Shown one piece after another: positions 63,266-64,000 of a stretch of 64,000 nucleotides of DNA; within the stretch, counting starts at the first letter, position 1, and every line of letters begins with the position of its first letter. The notes beneath the pieces were generated by a model, which saw only the letters and a list, made by a program, of their open reading frames with translations, was not told where the DNA came from and did no database searches. Both the position numbers and the translations under genes were made by a program. Source of the DNA: Alphaproteobacteria bacterium (lineage in GTDB: Bacteria; Pseudomonadota; Alphaproteobacteria; Bin95); contig OZ219788.1 of the NCBI GenBank assembly GCA_964291285.2, positions 32,001-96,000 on the forward strand, read 5' to 3'.

Positions 63266-64000
63266 GAGCCTGACTCGAAACTCGCTGAAGTTTTTCAAGG
63301 CCTTGCGAGTCGGCGTGTTGTGAGCCGGATATGGGCGATGTTGATCCATGCTTCGCTTGAGGCGATGGATTTTTCCCAGTCTTTTGCCAGCCTGCGGCAG
63401 CGCCCGAGCCATGCGAAGGTGCGTTCGACGACCCATCGTCCGGGGAGGACTTCGAAGCCGTTGGCGGTGTCGGAGCGTTTGACGATTTCGAGCGTCCACT
63501 TGCCGATCCTGTCGAGGGCGCCGCGCAGTTTCGGCCCGGCATATCCGCCATCGGCGAACAGATGACGCAGCCAGGGGCAGGCGTGGCGGATGGATTTCAG
63601 CACGGCCGGGGCGCCGTCGCGGTCCTGAACGTCGGCGGCATGTACGACGAGGCCGAAGAGCATGCCGATGGTGTCGACGACAGCGTGGCGCTTGCGCCCT
63701 TTGACCTTCTTGCCGGCGTCATAGCCGCTAACCCCGCCTGCCTCCGTGGTTTTCACCGTCTGGCTGTCGATCACGCCCGCGCTCGGCTGGGCCTCGCGCC
63801 CCTCGCGTTCGCGCGCCTGCACGGCCAGGTGGAACCGGATCGTCTGCCACAGCCTGTTGTCGCGCCACTCGTAGAAATAGCGCTGCACCGTCGAGACCGG
63901 CGGAAAGTCCTTCGGCAGCTGGCGCCACTGACAACCGGTCGTGGCCATATACAGCACCGCATTTACGACCTCGCGCAGATCGGTCTGGCGCGGGCGACCG
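63266..64000 (-). mobile_element. IS5-family element, second copy, cut by the window end
   Basis: GAGCCTGAC end; translation identical to the 40862-41686 transposase over the visible part. Confidence 0.93.

Overview
High-GC alphaproteobacterial (Rhodospirillales-like) chromosomal window. 1-12.2 kb is the right end of a decaying integrative element: SNF2 remnant, RecD2, DUF2493/SLOG protein, ssb, a five-module Cys4 zinc-ribbon protein, a tyrosine integrase, IS remnants and a tRNA-3'-like att remnant. The rest is core and metabolic backbone (HACL/oxc, TauD, dnaE, nadK, moaA, queG, pcaHG, hslR-fdxA-carD-rpoH-like, a glycosylation cluster, gloA, tRNA-Lys, acnX), interrupted by recent IS insertions and a repeat-rich 23.5-29.9 kb block. 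Main highlights: (1) a palindromic-repeat family whose inverted doublet occurs both empty and filled with a stand-alone GIY-YIG nuclease gene; (2) an IS110 element with a CT core, IS621-like donor and bridge-RNA guide segments readable from the sequence; (3) an autotransporter with a 23x7-bp tract in its 5' coding region and an in-frame palindrome doublet; (4) IS5 and IS701 stacked twice on a shared TNA target; (5) a strongly AT-rich tract inside dnaE; (6) pcaHG with substitutions resembling sulfocatechol-type enzymes; (7) a LexA-box promoter upstream of an IS630-derived HTH ORF. All product calls come from motif recognition by eye; no searches were run.
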